Assembly: GCA_973895155.1 (NCBI GenBank)
Contig: OZ316892.1
Location: 18,528,357-18,592,356, forward strand
Length of the DNA: 64,000 nt
Source of the DNA: Marsupella aquatica
Lineage: Eukaryota; Plantae; Marchantiophyta
Direction of reading: 5' to 3'
Numbering within the stretch: the stretch's first letter is position 1; every line of letters begins with the position of its first letter. A program made the position numbers and the translations under genes. Shown one piece after another: positions 61,456 to 64,000 of the stretch. The notes under the pieces were generated by a model, which saw nothing but the letters and a program-made list of their open reading frames with translations, made no database searches and had not been told where the DNA came from.

Positions 61456-62450
61456 AAGTGTTGCTTTTGTTGTGATGTCCTCTGTTCACGTCCTTTGATG
61501 AGCAAGGTGAGCAGGAGGTCGACTTGCCTCGCCAACAGCAACCACCTAAACTAATCAGTTCCCACTCAACTACAGGTCATAGTATACACATAGCATGAAA
61601 CGTGCATAGTACATATTTGATTCTGAGTTTATGAGTTTCCTAAGACAAAGAGCTTGGTGATAAACCCATATTCTCGATGGACATGTATATCAATCGTATT
61701 AAAATCCTGTTTTTTCATCCAGAAAGACCGAAAGTCTCACCTTGCAGGTTGCAGCAGAGAGAAAATTCACTGGTTGTCGTGTTGTGCAAGTGAACCTCCA
61801 CTGATGCCCCCGGTGTAGCCCCTCAGATGCAGGTGACACTTACCAACTCCCAAGTTGCCTGGTCTAACAGAAAATGCTTATATCTTCAGAACTTTATAGA
61901 GCAAGTACATGATCACATACTTCTGGATCTATTCATATTTGGAACTCTTGCCAACTACAACTCCCATTATGCACAAGCTCACATCAACAGAGAAAAATAC
62001 AGAATGCATACTTACTATGGCTCTAAGCACCTTCACTACCTTGTTGAACCCAGTCCTGAAGTCTTTTCAGCGTGTTTGTTGTGCTGTCTCCTTTGGCACC
62101 CAACACCTTAGTCCTTGATGTAACAGAATGCGATTTTACAAGTTAGATGCTTTGGAACCTTCTATGGTCTTAGCTGAATTGATGTCATCGTAAGTGGTGA
62201 AAGACAAGGAAGACGAAAGCTGGTTGAAGAGCTGTGGACAACACACTAGCATGAAGTGCTTCAACCAATCCACTGCCAAACGGAACTCTTACACAGTCAC
62301 ATTCTTTCAGTAAACAGAAACTCAATCAAACTTCATAATCAAAGTACAGACTCTGAAGGACCAAAGGAGGATGTTGTGAGTTTCTCTGTTGTTTAATGTG
62401 TTACCCTTCTAGTTTCGAAGTTAGCAAATGCTGAATAATGTGTCTACCAG

Positions 62451-62790
62451 ATCTTCAAAAAGAAGCCCACCACAATTAAGAACTTTGGTATCTGGGTGAG
62501 GTATCAGAGTTGTACAGGTTATCCCAACATGTACAAGAAATATTGTGATACCACATTAAACAACCACACAGCAGATGTATGATGAGATGGCTTCTTGTCA
62601 TAGAGTTCGGTTCCCTTGCATCCAGATCATCAAGACTACGACAGTCCCTGTCTCTCTGTGCAAGCGAGAAAGTACCAAGCAGTTCCATGATTCAAAGATC
62701 AAGTTCCCCTTGACGTACCGCAAGATTCAACCTCCATCGCGAAAGCTAAAGACGACTTACAAGGCCACCAAGCCCAACACATTTGTTTGA
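62451..62790 (+). pseudogene. RPL18A: 60S ribosomal protein L18a (eL20) last-exon pseudogene fragment
   Basis: cag|[29 protein letters not shown]...(frameshift)...[22 protein letters not shown]...[18 protein letters not shown]...[15 protein letters not shown]; conserved Arg codons changed to Cys (CGT->TGT); upstream exons not found. Confidence 0.88.
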
Positions 62791-64000
62791 GTAGTGCGGG
62801 TGTAGGTTCCCAATTTTGAAACAATTTGGCTCATTTTATGTCCCGAGGGACTCCAGGAGTTTATGTATTGAGTTTCTAGGTCAAGATGCTTAATATAAGG
62901 AAATTCAATTATCACCTCGTTCCCAACTTCTATTAATTGAATATACACAAGCTGGAAGCAAGAAGACAAGCCACAATCTAGCATCTTAGCCAAACACAAT
63001 CGTCCCGACAAAGCAAAACTCAGCTGGACAGAAGTCACTCGGATCCACAAAAAATTGAAGATTCACCTCCAAGCCGGAGGCCGATCACTTCAGTACAGCA
63101 GCTTCTGGACGGAACAAACTCTGCTCAGCCCCACAAAAACACAAATGTTAAGGCTCCAAGTCAGAGCTCACAAACAGAAACTCAGATAAATAACATTCAA
63201 AATCTGTCCAGGTTTGTGCAAAGTGTACATATTCATTCTTCTGGAATGAACACGCAATGCATACATCGCCTAGACACAGTCATTATAAATCATTGGGCAA
63301 TTGGGGACCACTAAGCAGGTGTGTTCCTATTTCGAGGCTACAAGAAAGGATAGAGTGACACCAAACTGAAGAGTACACCAAAAGAAAAACAGCAAGAACC
63401 AAAGTCAATCATGTGTGGATATTTTGCACATGGGAAGTTCCCCTGAAGAAGCACCAGTTGCTAACATTGTCACCCGAACCACACCCAGTTTATTACCTCA
63501 ATGTCTTCAGCCTCAATATCCAATCCTCAGCCCCCTGGTGCTTCCGTGTTTGTTCTGAAAATTTCTGTGATGAAATAATTATTCAATACATTCAATAGCA
63601 AAGAGAACTCAATCACAAAAGAAAAATAGTTAGTGTGAATGCTAATTTCTCAACACTTAACTAAATTCAAACCACCAATTCAAGTAGTAAGTTTCAAAAA
63701 CTTGCCTTTACATGAAGAGAAACCAATTGGCCATGCATGTTACTAAAGCAATAAACAAATAATTAGGCTCAACCCCGGGCTCAACACACAGGCAAACTAC
63801 TCGAAACATGCTGCTGAGAAGTAACATTTTTTGAATGTCAGACTATGTGTAAGTGCCATGATCGTGCTCCTACGTTTCACAAGGAGGGCTGGCCCGAAAG
63901 GGAGAAGCAACAATGTGGAGTCTATACACGTAGCACAAATCCCAGTTTAGAAGGGTGGATGAAGTTCAGACAAGAGTTCAGAACTTGCCATTTGAGATTG

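Larger units (their letters stand above)
49205..61602 (-). mobile_element. CACTA/En-Spm transposon (B) carrying TnpA, TnpD and three cargo ORFs; the other terminus is not seen
   Basis: CACTAGAAGAAT terminus at 49205 with dense GTGAC/GTCAC subterminal repeats; Transposase_21/DUF4218/DUF4216 and Transposase_24/23-like ORFs; homology to relic A ends at ~61602. Confidence 0.85.

Noticed and set aside
61741-62280. Minus-strand exon-like blocks ending at gtgag/gtaag donors
   Set aside because: Frames contain stops and no recognisable product
62405-62416. cttctagttt as the missing right TIR of CACTA B
   Set aside because: Does not end in TAGTG, has no subterminal repeats, and lies in the RPL18a intron remnant

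Overview
Repeat-rich nuclear DNA of a land plant (GT-AG introns, a plastid rRNA insert, plant-type gene families; a bryophyte or other non-seed plant is my guess, not established). Host genes: a 7-exon, probably plastid-targeted cofactor-dependent phosphoglycerate mutase (9.4-12.3 kb), and a segmental duplication carrying an unusual double-homeodomain (TALE-like) gene plus a damaged second copy (19-34 kb). The rest is mostly transposon debris: solo LTRs, MITEs with 8-bp TSDs, a frameshifted pogo-type element, an RPL18a pseudo-exon and a 23S rRNA NUPT. The most striking feature is a CACTA/En-Spm transposon (49205 to about 61600, minus strand). It has an apparently intact TnpD transposase and TnpA, plus three co-oriented cargo ORFs: a stand-alone EDM2-like composite PHD finger, a tandem BRCT protein resembling the Pol lambda BRCT, and a Cys-rich orphan. 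Each ORF is preceded by a candidate splice acceptor. Two further PHD copies lie in neighbouring, apparently nested elements (44.6 kb, truncated; 48.0 kb, intact). This suggests a transposon-borne chromatin-reader/DNA-repair accessory system. All family assignments come from motif recognition by eye; no searches were run.
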